A DNA stretch of 64,000 nucleotides from Candidatus Latescibacterota bacterium (GCA_965207885.1 OZ242311.1:1483456-1547455), one strand, 5' to 3'; numbered from the stretch's first letter, positions 35,949 through 47,911 are shown. Program-made: numbers and translations. The notes: generated by a model from the letters alone, not told the origin.

Positions 35949-37244
35949 CTATTCTCCCATCGCCCGGTAAATCGCATTTCGCGTGCCCTCGAGATCAAAA
36001 CACTCGTACTGATTGTCGTACATCACACGCGAAGCAATATGCATCGCCTGCGATTCGGTCAGATAACCTTCTTCCACTTCGGCTTCGAGGGTTTTGTCAA
36101 GCCAGAAACGGGTCTGAAATGCGTAGGCAGCGGCACTGGTGGGCCAGCCCGTATCACCGCCAAAAACAAAGAGCTTATTGATGGGAGCACCGTGGATAAA
36201 TCGGCGGACAAAATCGCTTGAAGCGTAGGGATTAATAGACCAGGCCCAGCACAGATCTGCCCAGACATTTTTGTAGTGCTTGGTCAGCGCGATGAGTTCA
36301 TCGCTATAGGGATAGGCAATGTGCATAAGCACAAAGCGAGCGTCGAGATACCTGGCCAAAAGCGCGCAGAGATTGCCAGCTTTGATGCGGTCAACGGGCA
36401 TGCGATTGTTGCCAGCGTAATAGCCCGTATGGATTTTGAAGGGCAAATTGTGTTCAATAGTCAATTCCACACCGCGTGCCCAGCACCAGTCGCCAAGGCA
36501 CAATCGCATAGACTCGGAAACATTATTATTCGAGCTAAGCGTCGCGTAAAGCGCGCGTTCGACATCGCCGCGGGCACGCGCTTGCCAATTGAGGGTGCGA
36601 TTGTACGCATGTTGGGCTTTAACCGCAATGGCACAAGGCGCGTGCTTTTCAAATATCGCCTCCATCGCCTTCTGAAGAGAATCGAGATCAACAACAGCAA
36701 TACCAGTGTCTTCGGCAATAGCTTCCTGGTCTATCTGCCCACTGCAAAACCCCGCCCAGGAGAGGTCGTAAAGAAAAAAGTCTGGTCCTGATTCATCGGG
36801 ATCACAGGGCCAGGAAGAATCATCGGTTTGAATATGGTCGAGATTGGCGACTTCGCGCAGCAAATTGTAGCGACCACCGGGAGTACGCAATTCAGTCAGT
36901 TTTTCCTGTGCAGGTGCGAGCACATCGGGTGTGAGTTCGTCAAAACCATACACATCGGTGACAATGCGCCGCACGGCCTCGCCATAACCCGTGTACTGCG
37001 TGGCCTCCCACGCTGCACGAACACCTTCAAAACGCCCGGCAAGGTCTGGATCTGACGCATCTGTGAGACGCCTCAGGGCTTCCTGCGATGCACCAGCCGT
37101 AATGAGATCCGCAGGCACATAATTGCCAAAAAGGTCCTGTAATACATCGGGACCATCGTCGATCCAATCAGGCTCCCGACGAAGATGCTCGTGCGTATCG
37201 CACAGCGCGGTTTGTTCGATATGTTCAGATAAATTGGTCGCCAT
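35949..37244 (-). CDS. Amidohydrolase-superfamily (TIM-barrel metal hydrolase) protein
   Basis: CDTHEHL near the N-terminus, then later HTGY, VLMHIAYPY and GGDTGWP metal-ligand-like positions. GAGGAGG precedes ATG 37244. Confidence 0.55.
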   Translation of the reverse strand: MATNLSEHIEQTALCDTHEHLRREPDWIDDGPDVLQDLFGNYVPADLITAGASQEALRRLTDASDPDLAGRFEGVRAAWEATQYTGYGEAVRRIVTDVYGFDELTPDVLAPAQEKLTELRTPGGRYNLLREVANLDHIQTDDSSWPCDPDESGPDFFLYDLSWAGFCSGQIDQEAIAEDTGIAVVDLDSLQKAMEAIFEKHAPCAIAVKAQHAYNRTLNWQARARGDVERALYATLSSNNNVSESMRLCLGDWCWARGVELTIEHNLPFKIHTGYYAGNNRMPVDRIKAGNLCALLARYLDARFVLMHIAYPYSDELIALTKHYKNVWADLCWAWSINPYASSDFVRRFIHGAPINKLFVFGGDTGWPTSAAAYAFQTRFWLDKTLEAEVEEGYLTESQAMHIASRVMYDNQYECFDLEGTRNAIYRAMGE

Positions 37245-37302
37245 GGTATTATTCCTCCTCAATCAAGAGCCTCTGCTTTTAATTTTTAATTTTTAATTCT
37301 CA

Positions 37303-38070
37303 TCATCTCGCAACTTTCAACCAATATCCCCCATCCACACTCAACACCGTCCCTGTAATATAGTCGGCAGCATCAGAACAGAGAAATGCGGCGGCATTGG
37401 CAATATCTTCCGGCGTCCCCAGGCGCTTCCAGGGCAGCGCAGTAGCAGCCTCTCGGATTTGTTCTTCCGTCGCATATTGACGCTCGCCGGGCGTATCAAT
37501 GTAACCAGGCGTAATCACATTGGCGCGAATGCGGTGATCGGTCAACTCATTGGCAATAGTCGCCGACATCTGGTTGATCCCCGCCTTTGCAGCATTATAG
37601 GGCAACGAGGTCGAAAAGGGAATATTGGACAAAACAGAACTGATAAAGAGAATCGCCCCCCCTTCGCCCTGTTTGACCATCTGGCGGGCGCCGGCCTGAG
37701 CCATGTGGAAAGCCCCCCAAAACGTGACATCAAGCGTGCGACGCGCGCCATCTAATTCCAGATCGAGAAAAGGTTCGCGCTTGCTGTAATACGCATTGGA
37801 AACCACAATATCGAGACGCCCAAATTGCTCAACCGTTGCGGCGACCATCGCATCCACCGCATCGCGGTCAGAGACATCTGCGCCATAGACAAGCGCGTCA
37901 GACCCCACATCGCGAATCTCAGCGGCAACTTCCTCTGCCTCGTCGGGATGCGTGCGATAATTGACCGCGACCTTTGCGCCCGAACGCCCCATCCGGAGGG
38001 CAATACCGCGCCCAATACCGCGTGACGCGCCGGAAATAAGTGCGACCTTTCCATCCAAATTGATATTCAT
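37303..38070 (-). CDS. SDR-family oxidoreductase
   Basis: GKVALISGASRGIGRGIA (TGxxxGxG), NAY..., S-Y-x3-K (LPYNAAK) and PGYIDTP. Confidence 0.85.
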   Translation of the reverse strand: MNINLDGKVALISGASRGIGRGIALRMGRSGAKVAVNYRTHPDEAEEVAAEIRDVGSDALVYGADVSDRDAVDAMVAATVEQFGRLDIVVSNAYYSKREPFLDLELDGARRTLDVTFWGAFHMAQAGARQMVKQGEGGAILFISSVLSNIPFSTSLPYNAAKAGINQMSATIANELTDHRIRANVITPGYIDTPGERQYATEEQIREAATALPWKRLGTPEDIANAAAFLCSDAADYITGTVLSVDGGYWLKVAR

Positions 38071-38089
38071 AGAGAACTCCTTATTCAAC

Positions 38090-38509
38090 TCACCCCGCGG
38101 GCAGACCCGTACCCGGCCACTGATCGTCGCTTGAAGTAATATCCACAGTAATACCATCGGGATCCTCTACTTTGAACGCACCCTCCTCGAGCTTATCCGG
38201 AGCCAAGGGCTCTTTACCGCCCAGACCATCGGAAAAAATCTCGTAACCCATATCCGTCAAACGCCGCGCTACAGCCTCCAGGTCCGGAACCCGAATGCCA
38301 ATATGCAGATAATCCAGCATCCCGCTGACATGCTCTGGGCGGGAAGGCCCATTATGCTGAAAGAGGCGGAAATTGTGATACCCATCGGTAAGATCGTAGG
38401 ATTGACCTCGATTCTGAACGAGACGCAAACCCAGACCATCTCGCCAGAAGCGGATAGTCTCATCGATATCTGTGGCGCGCACGCCAATATGAACAAGTGT
38501 AGTAGCCAT
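38090..38509 (-). CDS. VOC (glyoxalase/bleomycin-resistance/dioxygenase) family protein
   Basis: LVHIGVRATDIDETIRFW...HIGIRVPDLEAV...VEDPDGITVDI is a paired beta-alpha-beta3 VOC pattern. AGGAGG lies upstream of ATG 38509. Confidence 0.7.
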   Translation of the reverse strand: MATTLVHIGVRATDIDETIRFWRDGLGLRLVQNRGQSYDLTDGYHNFRLFQHNGPSRPEHVSGMLDYLHIGIRVPDLEAVARRLTDMGYEIFSDGLGGKEPLAPDKLEEGAFKVEDPDGITVDITSSDDQWPGTGLPAG

Positions 38510-38550
38510 AATGGTATTCCTCCTGTTGAAGTGTAACCTGCCTGACCTCA

Positions 38551-40299
38551 TCACCGCTGATCCCACAACTGCCGCATCTCCTCACTCGACTCGAGCAACT
38601 CGTCCAGCGTCCCCATGCCCTCGACACGACCATTTTTCAGAACGACAATTTGATCTGCGCGGCGAAGCGCGGGGCGGCGATGAGAAACCACGAGACAGGT
38701 AGCCCTGCGGTGTTCAAAAACGCGCCGCCAGAGAACGCGCTCGGTTTCCACATCCAGCGCAGAAGACAAATCGTCAAAAACCAGAAGTTCGGGATCGCGA
38801 ATAAACATGCGCGCGGCAGCAGTGCGCTGAATTTGACCGCCTGAAAGTTTGACACCGCGCGGCCCAACAATCGTATCCAGACCGTTTTCAAGGGTGGAAA
38901 TATCGGTCTCCATAACACCATTGTAAAGCGCGTGTTCGAGTGCTCGATCATCGGGCACCCCCAAAAGAATATTATCGCGCAGAGACTCGCTAAAAAGGTG
39001 TGGAATCTGCGGCGTATAAGCACAGCGCGGAGGCGTAAAAAAAGTTTTGGGATCCGCAACCTTCTCACCATTCCAGTAAATATCCCCATTCACAAGCGGA
39101 AGAACACCCATAAGCGCGCGGATAAGCGTGGTCTTGCCCGATCCGATTTGCCCCGTAATAACCGTAAACGATCCAGCGGGAATGACGAGATCAATATCGT
39201 AAACACCATTTGTGGATTTGGGATAAATATAAGTCATATTGCGAATGGTGAGTGCGTTGAGCCTATCCGATTCCGCACGGGATGGCAACGCCAGTTCATC
39301 GGGTTCTACATTGAGATAAACATCCGTGTGTTGAGAGATGCGTTCGCGGGGAATATCTTCAATAGTATAAGCCATCCGAAAATAAGAAACTTCGGCGCGC
39401 TTGTGATTGGTGAGAATGGTCCCTAGCAGGGAACCGCTTCGAGCAACCTGACCGACATAAGTGGCAAAAAGAGCCATATCGCCAACCGTGAACACGCCCG
39501 ACTTCATTTTTTCAGCCACGAGAATCAGGATAACACCCGTGGCAATATGCCCCAGGTTGAAATTGATCGAACTCAGAATTTGAGTGAAAAGATTGTCGAT
39601 AAGAGTAGATATGCGGCGCGCATCATTGAGCCGTCGAAAATGGTCAATCACATGGGCTTGTGTGGTAGCAACTTTGACAGCGAGGATAGATTGAAACATC
39701 TCGTTGATAAAATTGGTAGATCGCTCGGTTGCAACGCGCTGCGCGGTGCGGTATTTGTGAATATAGTTGCGGGCAAAATCCACAACAATAACCACACCTA
39801 TCGCCGGTATAATCGTGATAAAAGTGATATAGGGATCGATTCTCGACATATAAAAAATGGCGAGCACAGCAAATACGAGATTGCCCCACATGTGGATATA
39901 CCGATTGAGGTATTGAATAATGCCCAACACATCGTCCCGAAATCGGTTGGTCACCTCGCCAGAGGCGGTGGAAATCTTTCCCGGATCTCGAACTTCGAGA
40001 ATAGCAGTCATAAGATTTTTCCGCAAAAGCGTTTCAATAGCATACCACCAGCGCGGCCATGCAAAAGCCGAACCGAGAAGGGCGATGCGGTCGCCAATCT
40101 CAACAGCGACAAAAAGCGCGACAAGCGACCAGGCAGTGAACCCCGCCTCGGCCTGACCGGTGAGCGCGTCAAAAAAGCCCTTCATAATAACGCCCGCGAG
40201 AAAGGGCGCGATGTCGTCAATACCGCGAAAAAATATCGTAGTCAAAAAAAGTCCGGGACGGAACTTGAGCAGCCGCCATGTCGTTTGCCCCATCGTCAT
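38551..40299 (-). CDS. ABC exporter, fused permease/ATPase (heterodimer half)
   Basis: Six-TM ABC_membrane domain, Walker [10 protein letters not shown], signature LSGGQIQR, Walker B LLVFDD. Overlaps the partner gene by 4 nt. Confidence 0.85.
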   Translation of the reverse strand: MTMGQTTWRLLKFRPGLFLTTIFFRGIDDIAPFLAGVIMKGFFDALTGQAEAGFTAWSLVALFVAVEIGDRIALLGSAFAWPRWWYAIETLLRKNLMTAILEVRDPGKISTASGEVTNRFRDDVLGIIQYLNRYIHMWGNLVFAVLAIFYMSRIDPYITFITIIPAIGVVIVVDFARNYIHKYRTAQRVATERSTNFINEMFQSILAVKVATTQAHVIDHFRRLNDARRISTLIDNLFTQILSSINFNLGHIATGVILILVAEKMKSGVFTVGDMALFATYVGQVARSGSLLGTILTNHKRAEVSYFRMAYTIEDIPRERISQHTDVYLNVEPDELALPSRAESDRLNALTIRNMTYIYPKSTNGVYDIDLVIPAGSFTVITGQIGSGKTTLIRALMGVLPLVNGDIYWNGEKVADPKTFFTPPRCAYTPQIPHLFSESLRDNILLGVPDDRALEHALYNGVMETDISTLENGLDTIVGPRGVKLSGGQIQRTAAARMFIRDPELLVFDDLSSALDVETERVLWRRVFEHRRATCLVVSHRRPALRRADQIVVLKNGRVEGMGTLDELLESSEEMRQLWDQR

Positions 40300-42107
40300 G
40301 CGATAAGTTCCTCCAGACCTGTATTGAGCAAGCGTGAAAACTGCGAATTTGAATCTGCGACGAGATCTTTGCGAAGGCCAAATTCACCCACCTGCCCGTC
40401 GTCGAGAATGAGGATATTATCCACGCGCTCTACAGTCTCAAGGCGATGCGCGATAATAATACCCGTGCGATTTTGCAACAGGCGTTCCACCGCAAAATTG
40501 ATATTCTGCTCGGTTGCGGGATCGAGCCGCGATGAAGGCTCGTCCAGAATGACCAGACCGGGATCTTTGAGGAAAACGCGGGCAAAGGCGAGCAACTGGG
40601 CTTCGCCAGCCGAGAGACTGCCCGAGACGAGTTCGGTATCCAACCCCCCGGACAAGGACGCATACCATGCACCAAGGCCGAGTTCATCGAGTATAGCGAC
40701 GATTTTTTTATCCGAAACATCGGGCCTAAAAAGGGTGAGATTATCGCGCACACTGGCATTGAAAAGTTGTACATCCTGCGTAACGAGACCAACGTGCTGC
40801 CGCAAATCGTCGAGCAAAATATCCCGGATATTTTGGTCTCCAATGCGAATTTGTCCGCGTTGAATATCGTAAAAGCGAAAAAGCAAGCGGGTAATCGTGG
40901 TCTTGCCACTGCCCGTGCGCCCCAACAAGCCGAGGGTTTTGCCCGGATCGAGAGCAAAGGAAATATTCTGCAAAACCGGATCGCCAGGGTTATACGCAAA
41001 ATGGACATTCTCAAACGCGATACCCAAAGGCATTACCTCAAGTTTACCAGAAGGAGCAGCAGATAATTTTTCATTCCCATCCCGAATGCGGGTCTGGATG
41101 CGGTGGAGTTCTTCAATGCGTTTAAGCCCGGCGGTTGCGCGTTGCAAATCGTTGATTTGCTGGCTAATTTGAAAAAGCGGTTCGCGCAACATCGACGTGT
41201 AGTGAAAAATGAGAAAGACCGCGCCAATTGTAAACGTACCCTCCCGATAAAGCCAGATACCCATGCCCATTGCAAGCGCGTAACCGAGCGCGAACATAAT
41301 GCCGGTAATCGCACGCAATCCTTCGCTCATAATTTCGGATTTCTTCACGCGGGCAAAAACGCCGTTATTGACCCCGTAAAACCGATTCACAGTGTAGTCG
41401 CCTGCACCATTTGTGCGGATGTCTTCAAGGCCGAGCAATCGCTCTTCGATAAAACCGTAAAGACGCGCATAACTTTCGCGTTCAGCCGTATAAATGGGCA
41501 CAGCAATATTGCGCGTGAGATTAAAAACAATAAAAGCGAGAATCGAAAAAGCCGTCAGCGCTGCGCCCACGCGCCAATCTTCGCGAAAGACGAGAATGAG
41601 GACGCCCAAAAGAAAAAATGAGCTTCCAATAACATGAATGACAAATTGCGAAAAAAAATTAGAAAGCGCCGTCGTATCGCCGTCAACGCGCTCGATCATC
41701 TCGCCCGGCGTATGCGCGTGGTGAAAGCCCATATCGAGATTGAGGCAGTGGTGCGCGAGCGTATTCCGCATCTGATTCGTCGCGCGCCAGCCCACGTCCT
41801 GCCCCAAATAAGAACTCACAATTTGCACACCCTGGCGGATAATGCCAATAGCGAGAAAGGCAATACCCGCCCATACCAGATTTTGGACAGCACCATCTGC
41901 CTGCGCCGTATCGATAAAATATCGAACGATTTGGGGATTGAGCAGATTGAGACCAATACCGGTGAACATGAAAACGCCGAGAAAAACAACGCGCTTCCAA
42001 TGGGGGCGAAGATAGTGTATCAGGAGGGTGGCATAATGCCTGAGAGGGACGCGTTCCAAGAGGATTCCCGAAGTGGGTGAAAAAAAATGGACATCCAAAT
42101 CGCTCAA
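40296..42107 (-). CDS. ABC exporter, fused permease/ATPase (heterodimer half)
   Basis: Six-TM domain, Walker [10 protein letters not shown], signature LSAGEAQL (degenerate), Walker B LVILDE. Confidence 0.85.
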   Translation of the reverse strand: MSDLDVHFFSPTSGILLERVPLRHYATLLIHYLRPHWKRVVFLGVFMFTGIGLNLLNPQIVRYFIDTAQADGAVQNLVWAGIAFLAIGIIRQGVQIVSSYLGQDVGWRATNQMRNTLAHHCLNLDMGFHHAHTPGEMIERVDGDTTALSNFFSQFVIHVIGSSFFLLGVLILVFREDWRVGAALTAFSILAFIVFNLTRNIAVPIYTAERESYARLYGFIEERLLGLEDIRTNGAGDYTVNRFYGVNNGVFARVKKSEIMSEGLRAITGIMFALGYALAMGMGIWLYREGTFTIGAVFLIFHYTSMLREPLFQISQQINDLQRATAGLKRIEELHRIQTRIRDGNEKLSAAPSGKLEVMPLGIAFENVHFAYNPGDPVLQNISFALDPGKTLGLLGRTGSGKTTITRLLFRFYDIQRGQIRIGDQNIRDILLDDLRQHVGLVTQDVQLFNASVRDNLTLFRPDVSDKKIVAILDELGLGAWYASLSGGLDTELVSGSLSAGEAQLLAFARVFLKDPGLVILDEPSSRLDPATEQNINFAVERLLQNRTGIIIAHRLETVERVDNILILDDGQVGEFGLRKDLVADSNSQFSRLLNTGLEELIA

Positions 42108-42192
42108 AGTTCTTGAAAATTAAGAGGTCGCATGTTAATTTCCAAATGAAATTTAATCACTAACACTGTAATCCAACTTATCTTTTCGTGAA

Positions 42193-43479
42193 ATGCCTCC
42201 CAAATTCATTCCCCTTCTAAAAAACACGGGCCTCGACATCCATTGGGAAAAATCCGCCGCAACATTCCCCGGCAACCTCCCCTTTCTTCAGCCCGAAGCC
42301 ATCCGCGAAAACGGCGACTGGGCAAATCTTCCGCCCAACGCCATAAACTTCGCAATCCGCGCCGCCAAACAAATCGCCGCCGATCCCGACCTCGCGCACA
42401 TGGCCTGGCATGCCCATCGCCTGCTCTTCATCGACAAAAGCACCCAGAACTCGGCAACCCGCGACTGGCCCCTCCTCGCCCCCGTACTCGGCAATTACGG
42501 CGGCGCCTTTTATCTCCTCATCGCGCTCTCGGGCATACCACAACTCCGCACCTACCACCAATCGCGCGACATACCCGAACACATCACCCGCCTCACCTGC
42601 CGCGACACGTACGTCTGGGCGCAACAATACCACGACATCGGCATCTTCAAAAACGATCGTTTCTTCCACCCGGGCAATCCTGGCGCATGGGGGCTATGCA
42701 CGCGCATCTTGCCCTGGCTACTCGGCCATCTCAACGGCGACCTCTATCGCGTAGGACGCCTGCAATACAAAATCGGACCCTTTCGCCAGAAAATGCGCGC
42801 GTACCGCCATCGCACCTCTACACATCTGTGTCTCCTGTGCGAATCCGGATTGGAATTTCGCACCGACGGCAACTTCAACGGCGCGGGCGAACGGGAAGAC
42901 CCACAAGCCTGGACATCTGAACGCACCGAAACCGCGACCCATATCATCGGCAATCCCATACACCCCAACGGCCACGCACAACGCCAGCCGGTCGGCCTCC
43001 CTCGCGCTCACTGGAATTGCGTCCTCACTGAAGGCGATCCCATCCTCGAAATTCACATCCCCGAAGACGGACCAATGGCATTTGAAAATTGCGGCGACTC
43101 CCTCCGTCAGGTCGCCAAATTCTTCCCCAAACACTTCCCCGACCGTCCCTTCAAAGCGATCTGTTGCACATCCTGGTTCCTCGACCCCACGTACCAGAAC
43201 TTACTCTCCAAAAATTCCAACATCGCTCGCTTCCAGCGCGAATGTTATCTCTTCCCACTCAACTCGCGCAGCAAATACAGCAGCCTCGATCGCATCTTCG
43301 GTCCCTATGTCCACGACCTCTCCACAGCCCCGCGCGACAGCAGCATGAGAGCCGCGGTACTCGATCACATCGAAAACGGCGGCTGTCTCATCAGCGGAGG
43401 CTGCCTCCTCTGGACAGACCACCTCGACAAATGGGGCACCCAATTTTATCTCCATCAATCTCCCAGTCCCCAAAGTTGA
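42193..43479 (+). CDS. Hypothetical protein, possibly NAT_N/GNAT_C-type acyltransferase-like
   Basis: LYRVGRLQY..., ILEIHIPEDGPM, FKAICCTSWFLDP...LLSKNSNIARFQ resemble a clostridial-type acyltransferase-domain family (DUF5596 plus GNAT-like C-domain). Recollection only. Confidence 0.35.
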   Translation: MPPKFIPLLKNTGLDIHWEKSAATFPGNLPFLQPEAIRENGDWANLPPNAINFAIRAAKQIAADPDLAHMAWHAHRLLFIDKSTQNSATRDWPLLAPVLGNYGGAFYLLIALSGIPQLRTYHQSRDIPEHITRLTCRDTYVWAQQYHDIGIFKNDRFFHPGNPGAWGLCTRILPWLLGHLNGDLYRVGRLQYKIGPFRQKMRAYRHRTSTHLCLLCESGLEFRTDGNFNGAGEREDPQAWTSERTETATHIIGNPIHPNGHAQRQPVGLPRAHWNCVLTEGDPILEIHIPEDGPMAFENCGDSLRQVAKFFPKHFPDRPFKAICCTSWFLDPTYQNLLSKNSNIARFQRECYLFPLNSRSKYSSLDRIFGPYVHDLSTAPRDSSMRAAVLDHIENGGCLISGGCLLWTDHLDKWGTQFYLHQSPSPQS

Positions 43480-43593
43480 CATCTTCTCAAACACATATTA
43501 CCTTTCGCCTCACAAATAACACCCTCGCCACTCGTATCCCCGTGTCTTTGTGTCTTTGTGTGAGACATTTATCCAATCCCATATCTTTCGCCC

Positions 43594-44568
43594 ATGTCCA
43601 ACACCCCCGACATCGCCGTTCAAAATCTCCGAAAAACTTATGAAGTGCCCCAGCGAGAACCCGGATTGGGCGCAGCGATCAAAAGCCTTGTCTCGCGCAC
43701 CACACGCGACGTCGAAGCTGTAAAAAATATCTCCTTTGACGTTGCCCCAGGCGAAATCGTCGGATTCTTGGGACCCAATGGCGCCGGCAAAACCACCACC
43801 CTCAAAATGCTCTCCGGCTTGCTCCACCCTACAGCCGGCGAAATCTCAGTCATTGGACACACGCCTTATGCGCGCCACAAAAATTTCCTCAACCGCATCA
43901 CCCTCGTCATGGGCCAGCGCAACCAGCTCATGTGGGACATCCCCGTAGCCGATTCTTTTGAACGCAACCGCGCAATCTATCGCATTTCTCACGGCGAATA
44001 CAACAAAACCCTCGACGAACTCAGCGCCTTACTCGACCTGAGCGATCTGCTTTCCAAACCCGTGCGCAATCTCTCATTGGGCGAACGAATGAAATGCGAA
44101 ATCGCCGCAGCCCTGCTCCACCGCCCAAAGATTCTCTTCCTCGACGAACCCACCATTGGCCTCGACGTCACCATGCAGCGCCGCATCCGCGCCTTCCTGG
44201 GCGAATACAACCGCCGCCACAGCGCCACCGTATTGCTCACCTCGCATTACATGGCCGATGTCGAAGCCCTGTGCAAGCGCGTCATTGTCATTCACCACGG
44301 CGAATTGCTCTTTGATGGTGATTTAAATGCCCTTATCGAACGCTTTTCACCTCACAAAACCATAGTCGTTGATCTCGAAACCGAACGCGCCGACCTCTCT
44401 TCCTACGGCGAAGTCGTCACCGCCGAGGGCAACAGCGTAACCCTGCGCGTACCAAAAGCAAAAACCGCCGATGTCACCGGAAAATTGCTCGCCAATCTGC
44501 CCATCATCGACCTCACAGTTGAAGATCCACCCATAGAGGAAGCCATCGAACAGGTGTTTTCAAATTGA
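43594..44568 (+). CDS. ABC transporter ATP-binding protein (ABC-2 type)
   Basis: Walker A GPNGAGKTT, signature LSLGERMK, Walker B ILFLDEPTIGLD. Confidence 0.88.
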   Translation: MSNTPDIAVQNLRKTYEVPQREPGLGAAIKSLVSRTTRDVEAVKNISFDVAPGEIVGFLGPNGAGKTTTLKMLSGLLHPTAGEISVIGHTPYARHKNFLNRITLVMGQRNQLMWDIPVADSFERNRAIYRISHGEYNKTLDELSALLDLSDLLSKPVRNLSLGERMKCEIAAALLHRPKILFLDEPTIGLDVTMQRRIRAFLGEYNRRHSATVLLTSHYMADVEALCKRVIVIHHGELLFDGDLNALIERFSPHKTIVVDLETERADLSSYGEVVTAEGNSVTLRVPKAKTADVTGKLLANLPIIDLTVEDPPIEEAIEQVFSN

Positions 44569-45368
44569 AACATTATACCACCATCTACTGGGCCTTTTTC
44601 AAGACCTCATTGCTCGAACAATTTCAATATCGCGCCGCCATGGCGATATGGATGATCGGTCGCATACTCGAACCCATCATCTACCTCACCGTATGGACGA
44701 CAGTCGCCCACGCACGCGGAGGCAGTGTGGGGTCCTATACACCGGCCGACTTTGCCGCTTATTACATCGTCCTCATGCTCGTCAACCAATTCACATTTTC
44801 CTGGATCATGCACATATACGACTTTCGCATTCGCCAGGGCGAACTCTCCAACTTCTTGCTCAAACCCATACACCCCATACACGCCGACATTGCCGAGAAT
44901 ATCGCGTACAAAGTCATGACCGCCATCATCATTTTTCCCACGGCAACTTTGCTCTTCTTTCTCTTTGACCCCAACCTCGCCTTTCACATCCAGACATTCG
45001 CCGTCTTTTTACTCGCACTGGGCATGGCGTTCTTCATGCGATTCTTCATCGAATGGACCCTCGCCCTCGTCGCCTTCTGGACCACGCGCAACGAAGCTAT
45101 TAATCAGATGTACTTCACACTCGGCCTATTTCTCTCCGGACGCATCGCACCCATCGATCTGCTACCGGATGCCATCCAGACCCTCGCCGACGCGCTCCCC
45201 TTTCGCTGGGCTATTGCATTTCCCGTCGAACTCATGCTCGGTCGTCTCTCACAAGAACAAATCTGGAACGGATTCACCATGCAAGCCGTTTGGCTGCTCG
45301 CGGGTTTTCTGTTAATCCAACTCACCTGGCGGTCAGGCGTCAAAAAATACTCGGCAGTTGGATCATAA
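44565..45368 (+). CDS. ABC-2 family permease (DUF990-like)
   Basis: Six hydrophobic helices. 4-nt overlap with the ATPase gene. YRAAMAIWMIGRILEP start is typical of this family. Confidence 0.65.
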   Translation: MKHYTTIYWAFFKTSLLEQFQYRAAMAIWMIGRILEPIIYLTVWTTVAHARGGSVGSYTPADFAAYYIVLMLVNQFTFSWIMHIYDFRIRQGELSNFLLKPIHPIHADIAENIAYKVMTAIIIFPTATLLFFLFDPNLAFHIQTFAVFLLALGMAFFMRFFIEWTLALVAFWTTRNEAINQMYFTLGLFLSGRIAPIDLLPDAIQTLADALPFRWAIAFPVELMLGRLSQEQIWNGFTMQAVWLLAGFLLIQLTWRSGVKKYSAVGS

Positions 45369-45379
45369 GGAATTCATCC

Positions 45380-46165
45380 ATGTACTACTTAAAACTAATA
45401 TGGACCTTCTTCCGCATTGGCGTCCTCAACGAAATGGCCTATCGCGTGAACTTCTACGTCCAACTCCTGCAATCCCTCCTCAGCCTGGGCACAGCCATCG
45501 CGGGTCTGGCAATCGTATTTTCACACACCGATACCCTCGGCGGATGGCAGGCCGTTGATATCCTCGCACTACTCGGCGTATTTATGTTTGTAGGTGGCGT
45601 GATAGGCATGGTCATATCTCCGAGCATGAGCCAGCTCATGGACGATGTGCTACGAGGCCTATTCGACTACACCCTCACCAAACCGTGCGACGCGCAATTC
45701 CTCGCCAGCATCTCGCAAATCCGCGTATGGCGGCTCACCGATATTCTACTCGGCGCGGGCGTGCTCATCGCCGCGCTGATCTATCGGGGACTCGATATTG
45801 GTCCGCGGGAAGCCCTCGCCTTCGCCTTTGTCCTCTGTACGGGAGGCAGCATCATCTACAGCTTCTGGCTCATGCTCGCCACCCTCACCTTCTGGTTCTT
45901 GCGTATCGAAAACATCCTCCACATCTTCCAGAGCATGTACGAAGCCGGCCGCTGGCCCATTGGCATCTACCCCCACTGGCTGCGCTATATCCTCACATTC
46001 CTCGTACCCGTGGCATTTGCCATCACAGTACCCGCGGAAGCACTCTCAGGTCGCCTGACACCCGAAAGCACGATCACATCTGGCCTGCTGTGTATCTTTC
46101 TCATCGCATTCTCGCGCTGGTTCTGGAAACGCGGCCTAAAAAACTACTCCGGCGCATCGGCATAA
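45380..46165 (+). CDS. ABC-2 family permease (DUF990-like), second subunit
   Basis: MYYLKLIWTFFRIGVLNEMAYRVNFYV and six helices. Start at ATG 45380, not ORF-track 45290. Confidence 0.65.
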   Translation: MYYLKLIWTFFRIGVLNEMAYRVNFYVQLLQSLLSLGTAIAGLAIVFSHTDTLGGWQAVDILALLGVFMFVGGVIGMVISPSMSQLMDDVLRGLFDYTLTKPCDAQFLASISQIRVWRLTDILLGAGVLIAALIYRGLDIGPREALAFAFVLCTGGSIIYSFWLMLATLTFWFLRIENILHIFQSMYEAGRWPIGIYPHWLRYILTFLVPVAFAITVPAEALSGRLTPESTITSGLLCIFLIAFSRWFWKRGLKNYSGASA

Positions 46166-46178
46166 TAGTCATGCCCGT

Positions 46179-46207
46179 TTGACTTTCCAGATTCTATCGG
46201 CTATTTT
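46179..46207 (+). promoter_or_regulatory. Sigma-70-like promoter candidate for the sugar-acid cluster
   Basis: TTGACT, 17-nt spacer, TATTTT. AAGGAG SD lies before ATG 46252. Confidence 0.4.
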
Positions 46208-46251
46208 ACCCCTGCTTTCAACACCAGACAATACACATAAGGAGTTACAGA

Positions 46252-47910
46252 ATGGCCTACCAACTTCCCGAACTCGCCGAACCCGAAGCACCTGAAAAGA
46301 ACGAAGTCGTACTCATTGCCAACGGCGACCTGCGCTTATCTGCCAACCAGATGTGCTGGCCCGCACAAGAAGCAATGGAAAAAACCATCATAGCCGCAAT
46401 CCAACGCGAAGGATGGAAAGTCCGCCGCGGACACCCCTACAAACAAGACGAGGAACACGGCTTTATCGGATCGCAAAAAGAGGGCATGGCCGTCTTCAAA
46501 AACATCCATCCCGACGCCCCCCTCATCGTAGCCGAAGCCGTCTGGCAATACAGCCACCACGTACTTCACGGCCTGATTTCACACCGCGGCCCCATCCTCA
46601 CCCTTGCCAACTGGTCTGGACAATGGCCCGGCCTCGTCGGCATGCTCAACCTCAACGGCTCCCTCACCAAAGCCGGGGTTGAATACAGCACCCTGTGGAG
46701 CCTGGACTTTACCGACGACTTCTTCAAACGCGGCCTGCGCGAATGGCTCACCAGCGGCAGCGTCACCCATGACACCTCCCATGTACGCGACGCCAACACC
46801 TTCCGCCTGCCCGAAGCCGAAGCACAACTCGGACAGGCGCTGGCAGAACAACTCCAGAGCGAAAAAGCCATTATGGGCGTCTTTGACGAAGGCTGCATGG
46901 GCATGTTCAACGCCATCATCCCCGACCACTTGCTCAATCCCACAGGGGTCTTCAAAGAACGCCTCTCACAATCTGCACTCTGGGCAGAAATGCAAACCAT
47001 CACAGATGCAGAAGCAAATGCTGTTCGCACTTGGCTCGAGCGCAAGGGCCTCACCTTTGTCACCGGCACAAACACCACCGATGAACTCACCGACGACCAG
47101 ATCGCAATGCAATGCAAAATGTACATTGCCGCCGTACGCATTGCCGATGACTTTGGTTGCGCCACCATTGGCATTCAATATCAGCAGGGCCTCAAAGACC
47201 TGTGCCCGGCATCTGATCTGGTCGAAGGCATTCTCAACAACGCAGATCGCCCCCCGGTCAAAGCGCGCGCCAATGGCCAGATCCTCTACGAAGGCGAAGC
47301 ACTCCCGCATTTCAACGAAGTCGATGAATGCGCGGGCCTCGACGGCCTGATCACCAACCGCATCTGGAAAGCACTGGAGCAGCCACCCGAAAACACCTTA
47401 CACGACCTGCGCTGGGGCGAACACTATCGGGGAAATGGCATTGACGACTACGTATGGGTCTTTCTCATCTCTGGCGGCGCGCCGCCCGCACACTATATCG
47501 GCGGCTACAAAGGCACCTCTTCCGAACGCCAGCCCAACATGTATTTCCCTCTCGGCGGCGGCACCTGCAAAGGCGTGAGCAAACCCGGCGAAATCGTCTG
47601 GAGCCGCATCTTCGTCCAAAATGGCGAACTGCACATGGACATTGGCCGCGGTGGCGTCGTAGAACTCCCACAACCAGAAACCGACCGCCGCTGGCGTGCC
47701 ACCACCCCGCAGTGGCCCATTATGCACGCCGTCACCTACGGCATCTCCCGCGACCAGATGATGGCGCGCCACAAAGCCAACCACATCCAGGTCGCCTATG
47801 CCCAATCAGCACAGGCCGCCAACAACGCGCTGGCCGTAAAAATCGCCATGATGCAAGCATTGGGCGTCAAAGTTCATCTGTGTGGCACAAATAACGGATT
47901 GGTGGATTGA
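46252..47910 (+). CDS. Fucose/arabinose-isomerase-like sugar isomerase family protein
   Basis: N-terminus [15 protein letters not shown]... and overall size and layout resemble the FucI-like family (COG2407 type). Assignment from memory, no catalytic residues verified. Confidence 0.4.
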   Translation: MAYQLPELAEPEAPEKNEVVLIANGDLRLSANQMCWPAQEAMEKTIIAAIQREGWKVRRGHPYKQDEEHGFIGSQKEGMAVFKNIHPDAPLIVAEAVWQYSHHVLHGLISHRGPILTLANWSGQWPGLVGMLNLNGSLTKAGVEYSTLWSLDFTDDFFKRGLREWLTSGSVTHDTSHVRDANTFRLPEAEAQLGQALAEQLQSEKAIMGVFDEGCMGMFNAIIPDHLLNPTGVFKERLSQSALWAEMQTITDAEANAVRTWLERKGLTFVTGTNTTDELTDDQIAMQCKMYIAAVRIADDFGCATIGIQYQQGLKDLCPASDLVEGILNNADRPPVKARANGQILYEGEALPHFNEVDECAGLDGLITNRIWKALEQPPENTLHDLRWGEHYRGNGIDDYVWVFLISGGAPPAHYIGGYKGTSSERQPNMYFPLGGGTCKGVSKPGEIVWSRIFVQNGELHMDIGRGGVVELPQPETDRRWRATTPQWPIMHAVTYGISRDQMMARHKANHIQVAYAQSAQAANNALAVKIAMMQALGVKVHLCGTNNGLVD

Positions 47911-47911
47911 C

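Noticed and set aside
42243-42920. Arg/Pro-rich alternative-frame ORFs overlapping 42193..43479. Similar ones occur at 44094..44315, 45685..46182, 46604..47350 and 49421..50092.
   Set aside because: These are typical out-of-frame artefacts of GC-rich coding sequence. The primary frames carry the recognisable motifs.
43542-43557. Tandem GTGTCTTT GTGTCTTT upstream of the ABC ATPase gene.
   Set aside because: There are only two 8-bp units, too short to call a repeat array or regulatory element.
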